From NCBI GenBank assembly GCA_017631155.1, contig JAGBTV010000021.1:4-64003 (forward strand): 64,000 nt of DNA, written 5' to 3'. The stretch's first letter is position 1. The number at the start of each line of letters is the position of its first letter. The notes below the pieces were generated by a model, which ran no database searches, was not told the origin of the DNA, and saw nothing but the letters and a program-made list of their open reading frames with translations. Shown in pieces: positions 43,124 through 54,000 of the stretch. The translations under genes were made by a program, and so were the position numbers. The stretch is from Oscillospiraceae bacterium. GTDB lineage: Bacteria > Bacillota > Clostridia > Oscillospirales > Oscillospiraceae.

Positions 43124-44038
43124 ATGCATATCATCGAAGAACGGGTCGAATCGGTTGTGGATAAGATCCTGGAGGATTACGGCAACGGTCGGGATATTGA
43201 TAAGATCGATTTTCAGCGGCATCCGGATAAGGATGTGGTGATCGATATTATTGGGAAATTGCGTCGGATCATATACCCCGGCTATTCCCGGGATAAGAAT
43301 TATCGAATTTATAATGTAAAACACAACCTGTCCATGTTGATTGAGGATGTGATTTTTAATTTAAGCCAGCAGATCGCCCTGGTGCTGCAAAGCAGCGGTA
43401 CGCAACAAGAGGAAGCGGAGGAGAAGGGTAAGGATCTGTGCCTGCAGTTTTTGCAGACCGTTCCCAAAGTCCGTGCGATGGTTCAGACGGACCTGCAGGC
43501 GGCTTATGAGGGAGACCCAGCAGCTACCGGCAGCGAGGAAATTATTTTCTCCTATCCGGGTTTGTTTGCCATTACGGTGTACCGGCTTGCCCATGAGCTG
43601 CATGTGTTGGGTGTCCCTATGATTCCCAGAATCATGACAGAACATGCGCACAGCATCACCGGTATTGATATTCACCCGGGTGCGGCAATCGGAGAATATT
43701 TCTTTATCGACCACGGTACAGGCATCGTCATCGGTGAGACTACGGTTATCGGTCAGCATGTGAAGATATACCAGGGCGTGACTTTGGGTGGTCTTTCTAC
43801 CCGGGGCGGGCAGAGTCTTCGGGGCAAGAAGCGGCATCCCACCATTGAGGACAATGTGACCATCTATGCCAATGCGGCAATTTTGGGTGGTGATACCGTT
43901 ATCGGAACCGGCTGCGTCATTGGTTCCAGTACCTTTATTACGGAATCCATCGCCCCCTGCACAACCGTTACCATCAAGAACCAGGAGCTTCAGTTCCGTT
44001 CGCGTGGGAACTGCTGTGAGACCTGCAGTAATATTTAA
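43124..44038 (+). CDS. cysE: Serine O-acetyltransferase (long form)
   Basis: GDPAA, YPG, DIHPGA, FIDHGTG, YQGVTLG, KRHPT; TTGACT-17-TATAAA promoter at 43068-43096. Confidence 0.93.
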   Translation: MHIIEERVESVVDKILEDYGNGRDIDKIDFQRHPDKDVVIDIIGKLRRIIYPGYSRDKNYRIYNVKHNLSMLIEDVIFNLSQQIALVLQSSGTQQEEAEEKGKDLCLQFLQTVPKVRAMVQTDLQAAYEGDPAATGSEEIIFSYPGLFAITVYRLAHELHVLGVPMIPRIMTEHAHSITGIDIHPGAAIGEYFFIDHGTGIVIGETTVIGQHVKIYQGVTLGGLSTRGGQSLRGKKRHPTIEDNVTIYANAAILGGDTVIGTGCVIGSSTFITESIAPCTTVTIKNQELQFRSRGNCCETCSNI

Positions 44039-44053
44039 AATGAGGTAAGAAAT

Positions 44054-45067
44054 ATGCCTTTTACCAACGGTGTTTACAGTCAATATGATCTGGAAGCGGC
44101 GAAAATTCTCAATGACTTTTTGCCCGATCGAATTTTTGATTCTCATTTACACCTGTTTGACAGCAGCTTTGCTCCGGGAATCGCCAAGGGTGGCGGCTTT
44201 AATGTTTCAACACGGGCAGATTTTCAGGATTACCTGGATTTCATAAAGCCCCTTTTGGGCGAACACAGACAGGTTCGCGGCAACTTCATCACCGCCCCGG
44301 ATGCCACTATGACAGAGCCGAATTCACCTAACCGTAAGGCATCTGTGGAGTTCCTTGTCCAGCAGCTGGATCAGTTTCCCGGCAATGTGGGCGAAGTGAT
44401 GGTTGGCCCTAAGGATACGGTGGAGGATATTGAAAATCTCTTGATCCATCCGGACATCCGCGGCTTTAAGTGCTACCATGTGACCGCGGAGAATAAGCCC
44501 ACTACCCAGGCGGCTATCGGAGAGTATCTTCCCGAAAGTGCTTGGCAAGTAGCCAATCAACGGGGTATGGTCATTACGCTCCATATGGTGAAAGACCGGT
44601 CCTTGGCAGATCCAGAAAACTATGAATACATTCTGCAGATGGCAAAGCGCTATCCCAATGCCAAGCTGATCCTGGCCCACTGCGCCCGGGCTTTTGCGGC
44701 CTGGACCGGTGTGGAAATGGTGGATAAAATCAAGCATTTGGATAATGTGTACTATGATTTTTCTGCCATCTGCGAATCACCCGCCATGTTCCAGATCCTG
44801 CGTAAGGTAGGTAAGGATAAGTGTATGTGGGGAAGTGACTTCCCTGTGTGCCGCCTGTCCGGCAAGGCAATCTCTTTGGCAGACAGCTTCTACTGGATCA
44901 ACGCCAATATCCTGGAGCAACTGGGGAATCCCAACATTCCCTATTGGCAGTATTCCACGGAAAATCTTATGGCAGTCCGCCAGGCTTGCCTGATGCTGGA
45001 TCTTTCTCAGGACCGGGTCGAAGATTTGTTTTGGAATAATGCTATGAAGCTTTTTGACCTGAAATAA
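44054..45067 (+). CDS. Amidohydrolase family protein
   Basis: FDSHLH, GFKCYH, TLHM, LAHCAR, WGSDFP. Confidence 0.85.
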   Translation: MPFTNGVYSQYDLEAAKILNDFLPDRIFDSHLHLFDSSFAPGIAKGGGFNVSTRADFQDYLDFIKPLLGEHRQVRGNFITAPDATMTEPNSPNRKASVEFLVQQLDQFPGNVGEVMVGPKDTVEDIENLLIHPDIRGFKCYHVTAENKPTTQAAIGEYLPESAWQVANQRGMVITLHMVKDRSLADPENYEYILQMAKRYPNAKLILAHCARAFAAWTGVEMVDKIKHLDNVYYDFSAICESPAMFQILRKVGKDKCMWGSDFPVCRLSGKAISLADSFYWINANILEQLGNPNIPYWQYSTENLMAVRQACLMLDLSQDRVEDLFWNNAMKLFDLK

Positions 45068-45070
45068 TAT

Positions 45071-45108
45071 AAAATCTCCCGTCTTTGGAACAAAGACGGG
45101 AGATTCTT
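45071..45108. terminator. Bidirectional terminator
   Basis: AATCTCCCGTCTTTG..CAAAGACGGGAGATT. Confidence 0.75.
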
Positions 45109-45115
45109 GTTGCTT

Positions 45116-45892
45116 TTATTTGCCGAAGTTGGCAGAGAAATCGGCGATACTCTGGAAGTAGGCATCCAGTGCCACAACATCCGCACCGATGTTCAGGAAC
45201 TGATAACCCATGGCAACACGCTCTGCGGCATTGCCCTGGCCACCCACAGTTCCGGCAAACTTGCCGTGGCGTCTTGCGCTCTCAGCAACCTTGCGGAAGC
45301 CTTCCTGCACCAAAGGATGATCCAACTGACCGGGAATACCGATGGCGTGGGAGTAATCACCGGGGCCGAAGAACAGCATATCGAAACCGGGAACAGCCGC
45401 AATCTCATCAATCTGCTCCATAGCTTCGGGATCTTCGATCTGCAGTACAATGAACCGCTGATCGTTGGCCTGCTCGGTGTATTCGTGAGTAGGAACCATG
45501 CAGTACTTGGCATCGGCATTGCCGCCGTCTACAGGGCGTCTGCCGATGGGATAGAAGCGAGTCATGCGGACAACATTCTGAGCGTCCTCCACAGACATAA
45601 CGTGGGGAACCATGATGCCGGAAGCGTCCAATTCCAAAGGACGGATGTAGTCGCTGTAGGAGCCTCTGGGAACACGAACCAGCGCGTCGGCGTCATACAT
45701 TTTGGCAGCCATGATCTGCATCTCGGTGGTGCAGTAATCGTTGGGGGTGTGCTCGCTGTCTAACCAAATGCAGGGGATGCCCATCATGGCAGCGATCTCC
45801 ACCACACGGGGATCAGCAGTGTTGCACTTGGCGGAAAAAACGGTCTTGCCAGCCCGGAGCATTTCCAGGGTCTTGCTTCTTCTCATTTTCAT
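45116..45892 (-). CDS. HpcH/HpaI class II aldolase
   Basis: WLDSEH, LVRVP, GIMVPHV, QIED, FFGPGDYS. Confidence 0.92.
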   Translation of the reverse strand: MKMRRSKTLEMLRAGKTVFSAKCNTADPRVVEIAAMMGIPCIWLDSEHTPNDYCTTEMQIMAAKMYDADALVRVPRGSYSDYIRPLELDASGIMVPHVMSVEDAQNVVRMTRFYPIGRRPVDGGNADAKYCMVPTHEYTEQANDQRFIVLQIEDPEAMEQIDEIAAVPGFDMLFFGPGDYSHAIGIPGQLDHPLVQEGFRKVAESARRHGKFAGTVGGQGNAAERVAMGYQFLNIGADVVALDAYFQSIADFSANFGK

Positions 45893-45928
45893 AGTATTAA
45901 CTTCCCTTCGTATACCGATTTGTAGGAA

Positions 45929-47248
45929 TTAGCCGTTCAGACGCTGGAAGCCACTCTGACAGACGGGGCCACCAATGGCCTCTACGATAGCTTCCTTGCC
46001 GCCCTTCTGGATAATTTGGCTGATTTTGGCGAAAACCTTGTCGTTGGCTTCCCGGTGCTTTGCCATGATTTCCTCGTTGTGAGCCAGAGTGGGGTAGCAG
46101 CCGCCCTGAGCAAGGAAACCTTCCTTCAGCATCAGTACGGAGTACAGGGTCTTCAGCTCCGAAGAGTTTTCCACGAAGCCCATATGAGGCAGACAGGAAA
46201 CGCCGTCTACATGGATCTTGACATTGTGGCGGTCAGCAGCGTCTTGCCAGTCCTTCTTGACAATTTCGCCCATCTTGGCGGCATGCTCCCAAACCCGGGT
46301 CTTTTCCATCTTTTCGATGGTAGCCAAAGCGGCAGCAGGGCCAACAGCTTCTGTCCAGTAGGTGCTGCTGATGAAAGACTTCTGAGAACCGTCCATAGCA
46401 GCCTTGGTGCCGACGACAGCACCGATGGGATGGCCGTTACCCATAGCCTTGGCAAAAGCAGCGATATCAGGCTCAACGCCCAAAACCTTATGACTGCCGC
46501 CAAAGGTGTAACGCCAGGCGATGGTGATTTCATCAAAGATCAGCAGACCGCCAACCCGGTGAACCTCATCCCGGACATGCTCCAGGAAGCCGTCGTTGGG
46601 CAGGGTGCTGCGAAGGGGCTCCATAATGACACAGGCCAGACGGTCGCCGTACTCCCGGATGATAGCATCAAACTCTTCTACATTGTTATAGTGGAAGGTA
46701 ACGGCAGAACCCTTAAGTCCGGAGGGAACACCGGCAGGCTCCAAACCGGCCAGATGGATGCCGTCCAGGGCATCACCCTCATTCAGGTTGCAAGCCAAAT
46801 ACCAGTCGCTCCAGCCGTGATAGCCGCAGATGGCAACTACATCCCGGCCAGTGGTGGCACGGGCAATACGTACGGCAACAGCGCAGGTCTCACCGCCGGT
46901 ACGGGTAAAACGAACGCTTTCTGCCCAGGGATGGATCTGCAGCAGTTTTTCAGCCAGCATAACTTCCTCGGGAGCGTTGAGGGAGGTCATGCAGCCGTCC
47001 TGAATTCGCTGGATGGCTGCCTTGGAAACATCGGGGTCAGCATAGCCCAGCAGACAGGCACCGATGCCGTTGGTGGTCATGTCATAGTAGTGGTTGCCGT
47101 CCATGTCCCACAGCTCACAGCCTTTGCCTTTAACGGCATAATTGGGCCACTGGTTGGGGGCAAACATCTCGGGGCGCTTGCTTAGCAGCTGAACACCGCC
47201 GGGAATGATCTGCTTGGCACGGGTGTAAAAATCTTGAGAAACAGACAT
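45929..47248 (-). CDS. Class III PLP aminotransferase (glutamate-1-semialdehyde aminomutase-like)
   Basis: GYHGW, IMEP, LIFDEI, PDIAAFAKAMGNG, ISSTYW. Confidence 0.9.
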   Translation of the reverse strand: MSVSQDFYTRAKQIIPGGVQLLSKRPEMFAPNQWPNYAVKGKGCELWDMDGNHYYDMTTNGIGACLLGYADPDVSKAAIQRIQDGCMTSLNAPEEVMLAEKLLQIHPWAESVRFTRTGGETCAVAVRIARATTGRDVVAICGYHGWSDWYLACNLNEGDALDGIHLAGLEPAGVPSGLKGSAVTFHYNNVEEFDAIIREYGDRLACVIMEPLRSTLPNDGFLEHVRDEVHRVGGLLIFDEITIAWRYTFGGSHKVLGVEPDIAAFAKAMGNGHPIGAVVGTKAAMDGSQKSFISSTYWTEAVGPAAALATIEKMEKTRVWEHAAKMGEIVKKDWQDAADRHNVKIHVDGVSCLPHMGFVENSSELKTLYSVLMLKEGFLAQGGCYPTLAHNEEIMAKHREANDKVFAKISQIIQKGGKEAIVEAIGGPVCQSGFQRLNG

Positions 47249-47552
47249 AAATAACAACTCCTTACAGATTTTTTTTACGGGATGCAAAAAGGGGACCGAC
47301 TCAAAAGAGATAACCAAAATCCTCCTTTTAACTCCATATTATCCTATAGCAGAAACCAAGTCAAGTACGGAAAAGGACGGAAAAAAAGAAGAATGCGCAA
47401 AAAATCACAGTTATCTTCCCTCGGGAAAAAGAGTCGGGAAACAGCCTCCTATTTTGAAAGAAAAGACCCCTTTTTGCACCGATGAATTCTTGCTTTTTCG
47501 GCAGAAGTAGATTACAATATAATCACATTTTTTGAAGATGAGAGGTGTGCTT

Positions 47553-49913
47553 ATGAAGCGGTTTTTGATTGGTTTGCTGGCGGCTTGTCTTCTTTTTGCC
47601 AGTCTTTCCGGTTGTGGAAAAGAGCAGCCACAGCCAGGTACAGGGGTACAGACGGATGTTCCCTCTACCTCCACGACTCCGGAGGAGACTCCCAAACAGG
47701 AGGGGGCAGAGCTGGTAATCAGTGAGGTCATGCCGGATAATAAGTATGTTACTATGGGACATTCCCTGGATTGGGTAGAGTTGTATAACCGGGAAGAAAC
47801 CGCAGTAAACCTGGATGGTTACTATCTGACCGATGACCCGGATCAACCCTATGCCATGCCTTTGGCAGGGCTTACCGTCCAGCCGGACAGCTATTTGGTG
47901 ATTACCTTGGGGGAAGAGGCACCCTTTCACCTGTCTGCAGAGGGAGAAACACTTTGGCTTATGTACGGCAAGACTTTGGTTTCCACCCTGACCTATGATG
48001 CGCCACAGAATGGCGAATCCTTCGACCGGGAGGGAGCCTGTCAGTATCCCACACCGGGCTATGCTAACAGTGCGGAGGGGTATGAGGCATATTTGCAGAA
48101 TCTGAAGCTGCCGGAACTCATTATCAGTGAGGTCATGTCTTCCAATTCGCAGCATTACCCGGTAAACGGCAAATGCTATGACATGGTGGAGATCAAAAAT
48201 AACAGTCAAAATCCCATTGACCTGTCTGGCTATACCCTGACGGATAAGCGGGGGGAACCTCAGCGGTATGCATTTCCTGCTGTAGTTTTGCAGCCGGGGG
48301 AGTTTTATGTGGTGTACTGCTCCGGAAAGCCGGAACTGGGCGCGAATCACACTTCCTTTAAGCTTAGTGCCGACGGAGAGACCGTCTATCTTGCCTTTGG
48401 CGACACGATTACCGATGCGTTGGCATACCCTGTGGATTTGGAACAGAACCAAAGCTATGGCCGTGTAGGAACGGTTCCCATGTATTTGCGTCAGCCTACC
48501 TTCGGCGCAGAAAATACCGAAGGCTTTTCCGGCGCCATGCTGCCGCCTGCAGCAAGCAGTGCCTCCGGCTATTACGAACAGGCCGTCACCGTGGAGCTGA
48601 CGGGTCAGGGGGATATTTATTTTACCCTGGATGGCAGCCGTCCCACAGTCCATTCTCAAAAGTATACCCAGCCCATCACCGTCACCGGGGTTACAACCCT
48701 GCGGACCTTCTGCACGGACGGTGTTCGCACCAGCGCAATTACCAACTATACCTATCTTGTGGGCGTAAGTCATAGTTTGCCGGTGGTGAATGTGGCAATT
48801 CCCCAGGCAAGTCTGACGGGGGAGACCGGCGTTCTAAATCATATTGACCAGGATTATGAGCATGAAGCAGTTTTGACTCTCATTGAAAACGGTGAGGAAA
48901 AGTTCTCTGTACCCTTTGGTTTCCGGCTTCACGGAAATGACAGCCGCAAGGGTGCCAAGCAGAACTTCCAGCTGCGCTTCCGCTCTGAATACGGTGTCGG
49001 CAAGCTGAATTATAAGCTGTTTGATAATTTGGATATCACCCAGTTTAATTCTCTTCTGCTGAAAGGCGGCAGTGAGGACTGGCCCACAGCCTTGATTCGG
49101 GATGAACTGGCAACAGCCATCGTCACCGGTACCACCAATTTGTACACCCAGGCCATGAAACCCGTGGCGCTGTACCTGGGCGGTGAGTATTGGGGCGTTT
49201 ATTTCTTCCGGGAACGATTCAGCGATGATTATGTGGCAGATCATTTTGATGTATCACCGGAATCTGTGGATATCCTGTATTCTTCCGGCGGCAGTGTTCA
49301 GGTCGGCAGCAAAACAGATTTTCAAAATCTGAAAGCCTTTGTAAGCAGTCACGATATGTCGCTGGATGAGAATTTCCGTTATTTGACGGATCGGATCGAT
49401 CTGACCAGTCTCATCGACTGGTATGCTTGCCGCAGTTATATGGGAGACCGGGATACTGCCAATTGCCGTCGTTTCCGTTCTTCGGAATATGACAGCAAAT
49501 GGCGCTGGATGTACTTTGACCTGGACTGGTCCTTCTGGCACACCACAGACAATCCCATCAGCAGCATCATGGCCAGTAGTGGCGGTGACCATATTCTCAT
49601 TCATGGCGTCCTTGCCAATGCCCAGGGGCGGGAGCTGTTCTTAAAGCGTTATGCACAGCTTATGGGAACGATTCTGAATGAAGAATATATCATCGGTGTG
49701 ATTGATGGTTTGGTAGCGCAGATTGAAGAGGAAATGGTTTTGGATCGCCAGCGGTGGGGCAGAGAGTATACTACCTGGTTGTCTAAGGTAGAGGTCCTTC
49801 GAAATTATGTCCGAAACGGTGCAAGAACCGCCAATGTGCTGCGGGATATGCAAAACTACTTCGGCTTAACCAATGACCAAATGCAGTACTACTTTGGCGA
49901 TGTTATGAAATAA
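47553..49913 (+). CDS. Lipoprotein with two lamin-tail domains, an Fn3/chitobiase-like domain and a CotH kinase domain
   Basis: Lipobox LSGC; ISEVM..DWVELYN and ISEVM..DMVEIKN; IYFTLDGSRP; YWGVYFFRE, WRWMYFDLD. Confidence 0.85.
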   Translation: MKRFLIGLLAACLLFASLSGCGKEQPQPGTGVQTDVPSTSTTPEETPKQEGAELVISEVMPDNKYVTMGHSLDWVELYNREETAVNLDGYYLTDDPDQPYAMPLAGLTVQPDSYLVITLGEEAPFHLSAEGETLWLMYGKTLVSTLTYDAPQNGESFDREGACQYPTPGYANSAEGYEAYLQNLKLPELIISEVMSSNSQHYPVNGKCYDMVEIKNNSQNPIDLSGYTLTDKRGEPQRYAFPAVVLQPGEFYVVYCSGKPELGANHTSFKLSADGETVYLAFGDTITDALAYPVDLEQNQSYGRVGTVPMYLRQPTFGAENTEGFSGAMLPPAASSASGYYEQAVTVELTGQGDIYFTLDGSRPTVHSQKYTQPITVTGVTTLRTFCTDGVRTSAITNYTYLVGVSHSLPVVNVAIPQASLTGETGVLNHIDQDYEHEAVLTLIENGEEKFSVPFGFRLHGNDSRKGAKQNFQLRFRSEYGVGKLNYKLFDNLDITQFNSLLLKGGSEDWPTALIRDELATAIVTGTTNLYTQAMKPVALYLGGEYWGVYFFRERFSDDYVADHFDVSPESVDILYSSGGSVQVGSKTDFQNLKAFVSSHDMSLDENFRYLTDRIDLTSLIDWYACRSYMGDRDTANCRRFRSSEYDSKWRWMYFDLDWSFWHTTDNPISSIMASSGGDHILIHGVLANAQGRELFLKRYAQLMGTILNEEYIIGVIDGLVAQIEEEMVLDRQRWGREYTTWLSKVEVLRNYVRNGARTANVLRDMQNYFGLTNDQMQYYFGDVMK

Positions 49914-49916
49914 TCA

Positions 49917-49950
49917 AAGCGGGTCAGTTGCAACTGCAACTGACCCGCTT
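49917..49950. terminator. Bidirectional terminator
   Basis: AAGCGGGTCAGTTGCA-ac-TGCAACTGACCCGCTT. Confidence 0.75.
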
Positions 49951-49959
49951 GCTATATAA

Positions 49960-50883
49960 TTAAAGAATCTCCAGCGTAACTGTTGGGAAAATAGCGGCAG
50001 TATCCTGGGGTAGGGGAGGCAGCGTACCTTCCGTCAGACAGGCGGCTGTGCCGTAGGTAACGGCAGTCCGGAGACACTCTCCCGGACTTTTGCCCTGCAA
50101 AGCAGCGGCAAGGAATCCAGCAATGGCGCTGTCCCCGGCACCAATGGTGGATATCGCATCCACGACAGGGGGCTTTGCCAAATAGGTCTTTCCATCGTTA
50201 ATCAGCAGGGCACCCTGATGGCCCAAAGAGACCATCACATTGGTGACACCTTCTTTGGCAAAGATCGCAGCTTTTTCCAGTGCTTGATCCAAAGACTCGA
50301 TCCAGTAGTTAAAGTAAGCAGAGATTTCCTCTTGGTTGGGCTTAATCAGCCAGGGCTTCAGGGTGAAGATATCTTCCAAAGTGAGGGATTTGGAATCCAA
50401 AACCAGTTTGGCACCCTTTTTTGTTAACCCCCGGAGAAAATCCAGCACACTGTCGTGATCGATACCGGCAGGAATACTTCCGGTAAAGGTTACAATGGTA
50501 TCTTCGTCAACGGAAAGCTTTTGCGCGATTTCGGTAAGGGTGGTTTCGTCCACAGAAAACCCACGGAAGCTGATCCGAGTCTCCGGACCTTCGGTACTGT
50601 GGACGGTGAGATTTTCCCGGATTCGACCTTCCCGTTCCCAATACAGACAGTTAAGGCCAGCATCTTCCAGTTCCCGGATGAAATCACCGCTGTTTTCTTT
50701 CCCCAAAACGATGACTGCAGTGTTATTCACCTGGTGGCTTTGCAGAGCGCGGCTGATGTTAACACCTTTGCCGCCGGCCTGCCGGGAATTAATGTCTGCC
50801 AGGTTTTCACAGCCAAGAGCAAGCTTGCTCGCAGTGGCATGGACATCATAGGCAGGGTTGAGGGTGAGTGTATAAATCTTCAC
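49960..50883 (-). CDS. 1-phosphofructokinase family (PfkB) hexose-phosphate kinase
   Basis: TLNPAYD, GGKGVNIS, IKPNQEE, STIGAGDS. Confidence 0.93.
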   Translation of the reverse strand: MKIYTLTLNPAYDVHATASKLALGCENLADINSRQAGGKGVNISRALQSHQVNNTAVIVLGKENSGDFIRELEDAGLNCLYWEREGRIRENLTVHSTEGPETRISFRGFSVDETTLTEIAQKLSVDEDTIVTFTGSIPAGIDHDSVLDFLRGLTKKGAKLVLDSKSLTLEDIFTLKPWLIKPNQEEISAYFNYWIESLDQALEKAAIFAKEGVTNVMVSLGHQGALLINDGKTYLAKPPVVDAISTIGAGDSAIAGFLAAALQGKSPGECLRTAVTYGTAACLTEGTLPPLPQDTAAIFPTVTLEIL

Positions 50884-51008
50884 AGGCAGTTCCTCTTAGA
50901 GCGTGGGCGCATTTTCCAGCAGCTGCTTTTAGCCTCTGCATACCAAATGACGCCATTTTTTGGACGATATCCGGCTGAAACTTTTCCAGCCGGATATCGT
51001 TATCACAG

Positions 51009-54000
51009 TCACTTTTCACTGTTTTTAGAATCCACAGAACGATGCTTAATGAGGAATACGGCCAAAACTTCTGCCATGAACTGCAGCATAGAGATCTGTT
51101 CCTGAGTCCACAGATAGTTTGCCGTGCATTCATCAAATCCTACATAACCGCGGAACACGCCCCGGTCCATAATGGCGCAGTGCAGCATGCTTTTGATGCC
51201 CTGGGGTTCCAAAATGTTCCGGAAGCGGGGCTCCAGCTCACTAACATCTGCACAGTACAGCACACCGTTGTCCTTATAGACATCCGGCCAACCGGCCAGA
51301 TCCGTCAGATAGCTTAAGTTCTGCAGATTATCCTTCTCCGGCTGAATGCCTTCATTGCACCATTCAAAGGTGTTGCTGCAGGTGGTGTTGTCATCGTTAT
51401 TCTCGAAGATGTACACACGACTGACGTTGAACTGGGTGCCAATGTAGGCCAGCAGCACGTTGATGGTGGCATCGATATCCCGGGATTCGTACAGCCGGTG
51501 GAAGACGAAACGCATCAGTGTTTCGCCCAGCAGGGAGGGCTGTTCGTCGGAATCAATGCGGGTATGGATGGTTTCCTCGCTGAGTGCCTGGTAGGCATCC
51601 TTGGCGCTGTAGATATGGTACTGGCTCTTGCCCGCCCGCTTGGCGGCATAGAGAGCCTCGTCAGCATGGTGGAACAACTCTGCATAGTCGGTGCCGTGTT
51701 TGGGTACCAGGGCTGCGCCTACGGATACGGAGATTTGTAGCTTGGGCATCAACTTGTGGAGCATCTCCCGGAAAGTATCCACCAGTAACTGACAGCGTTC
51801 TTCCACAAGCTCCCGGTTGGGAATATCCTTCAAAAGAATTATGAATTCGTCTCCGCCGATACGGCCGAGGATGTCGTGACTGCGGAAGAAATTCTGTAGT
51901 GTCGATCCAATTTGCGTCAGCACCGCATCACCGTAGAGGTGACCCAGGGTGTCATTGATGGATTTAAAATTATCCAAATCCATAATGAGCAGGGCAGCCT
52001 TGGTGTCAGGTGCGCGATTTTTTAAATAATCTATGACTTGCTGCTGCGCAGAGGACTTGTTCAGAAGCCTCGTCAGACTGTCCCGTTCTGCCTGCTTACG
52101 CATGGTTAGGGCATCCCGCTTCAGCTCGTCAATGTCATAGAGAATTGCGGTTATTCGCAGGACTTCACCGGCATCATTCCGGATAGCCTTTGCCCGGAGG
52201 CGGCACCACAGATAACGGCCCTCGCTGTTGGCGATTCGCAAATCTACGACACCGGATTGGTTAGAAGTCATCAGATGCCGCATCTGGTGCTGCAGCAACG
52301 GGATATCATCGGGATGAACATGGGAGACAGCACCGGGGGTGAACTCTGCAATGGACATGGGATAGCCGAACATCTGCATCCAGCGGTCAGAGCAGCTGAG
52401 CTGCTTGGTGTTCAGATCCCATTCAATGACCACACCCTCAGAAAGACCCATAAGTGCTTGGTGGAGAGCAGCCCGGCTTTCCAGCCACCGCTCTTTTTCC
52501 TTAAGCCATGTGATATCCGTCAGCACCAGGGTGCAGATTTCCTGCCCCTGAGGATCCACAGCTTGCCGACCCTTACACAGTACCCACACAGGATCCTGAC
52601 CGTTGCGGAGCAAACGGAAACTGCATTCCCAAGGGCTGAGACTGCGGCTGTTTTCTGTCAAGACGGTAATGAAGTCAGCTCTGTCCTCCGGATGGACCAT
52701 GGCAAGGAGGGAATTTTCAAACTGCGTTTCGATCTGCTGGGCGGAATATCCGACCAGGGGGAAGATGGAGCCGCCCCCCCGGAGAATGGTCATGACTTCG
52801 TCGGGTTGACAGCACAGCGCACCGCCGGAAAGTCCGTAGAAGAGGGAAAGGTCGGGAACACTACCAAGGTAAGCCGGATGCTCATCGGCAACCTCGTTTT
52901 GCAGATTGTGGAAGATGGCGAGCACGATCCGTTGCTCCGGGATGTCGGTATTTACTCTCAGCAGCGTGACTTCGTAAGGGAAGGACCTTTGATAGAGATG
53001 GCTGTAGATTTGGCAACGGAAGCTATGCTTACGCTGATTCTGTTCGAACAGCAGCTGCCGGAGATGGCTGCGCAAGGAGTCCATACTTTCAGTATCTTCG
53101 GGATGGACACCGTCGGCCATCAATCGGGCGGACATCTCCTCAAAACTGGCATTTTGGAAAAAGGAGAAGAAATCCGGATTGGGATTGTAGATAACATGGT
53201 AATTGTGGTGACTGACATCCAACTCAATGACTGTGTCACTGAGGTGATGCAGCACCGTCTGATATTTCAGGTGGGAAAGCTCCAGGGCAGTGAGAGGATG
53301 CTCTTTCCGTACCGGAGCAGGTAAGGGAAGGCTGATTTGGTCGGATTTGGGAGAATAGCCGTCAGAATACTGGGTGGAAAGCTCCGCAAATGTGCCGCGC
53401 ACCCGCTTAAAGCACTCCAAAAGCTTGGGGGAGAAGACGCCGCATTCTCCGTTGAGGATCATGTTGACCGCTTCTTTGTGTGTAAAGGGCGGCTTGTAGA
53501 CCCGAGCACTGGTCAGTGCGTCATAGGCATCGGCCAAACCTACCACCTGAGCACAAATGGGAATATCGTCACCCTTCAGTCCCTGAGGGTAGCCGCGACC
53601 GTCCCACCGTTCATGGTGAGAAAGGCAGATATTATAAATGTAGCGCAGATACATAGGATCGCCGATATCACCGATCTGCTCCGTTAACTGGGCACCTACG
53701 GTGGTGTGAGTCTTCATCAGCTCAAATTCCTCAGTAGTGAGTTTGCCCGGTTTTGTGAGGATGCTGTCGGGAATGGAGATCTTGCCGATGTCGTGCAACG
53801 CGGCAGCAGAGGAGATTCGATCAATAACATATTCATCCAACTGATACTCCGGACAGCATCTGGAAACTTCCTGCAACAGTACTTGGGTAAACCGACGCAG
53901 GCGAAGAACGTGATTGCCGGATTCTGTGCTGCGGTATTCAATGATGGAAGAAAGGGTATCCACCATGGTTTGGTTGTTTTTGCGGATGGCATGGCTCTGT

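Noticed and set aside
45929-47248. Annotation as hemL
   Set aside because: Only family-level similarity and no tetrapyrrole gene context.
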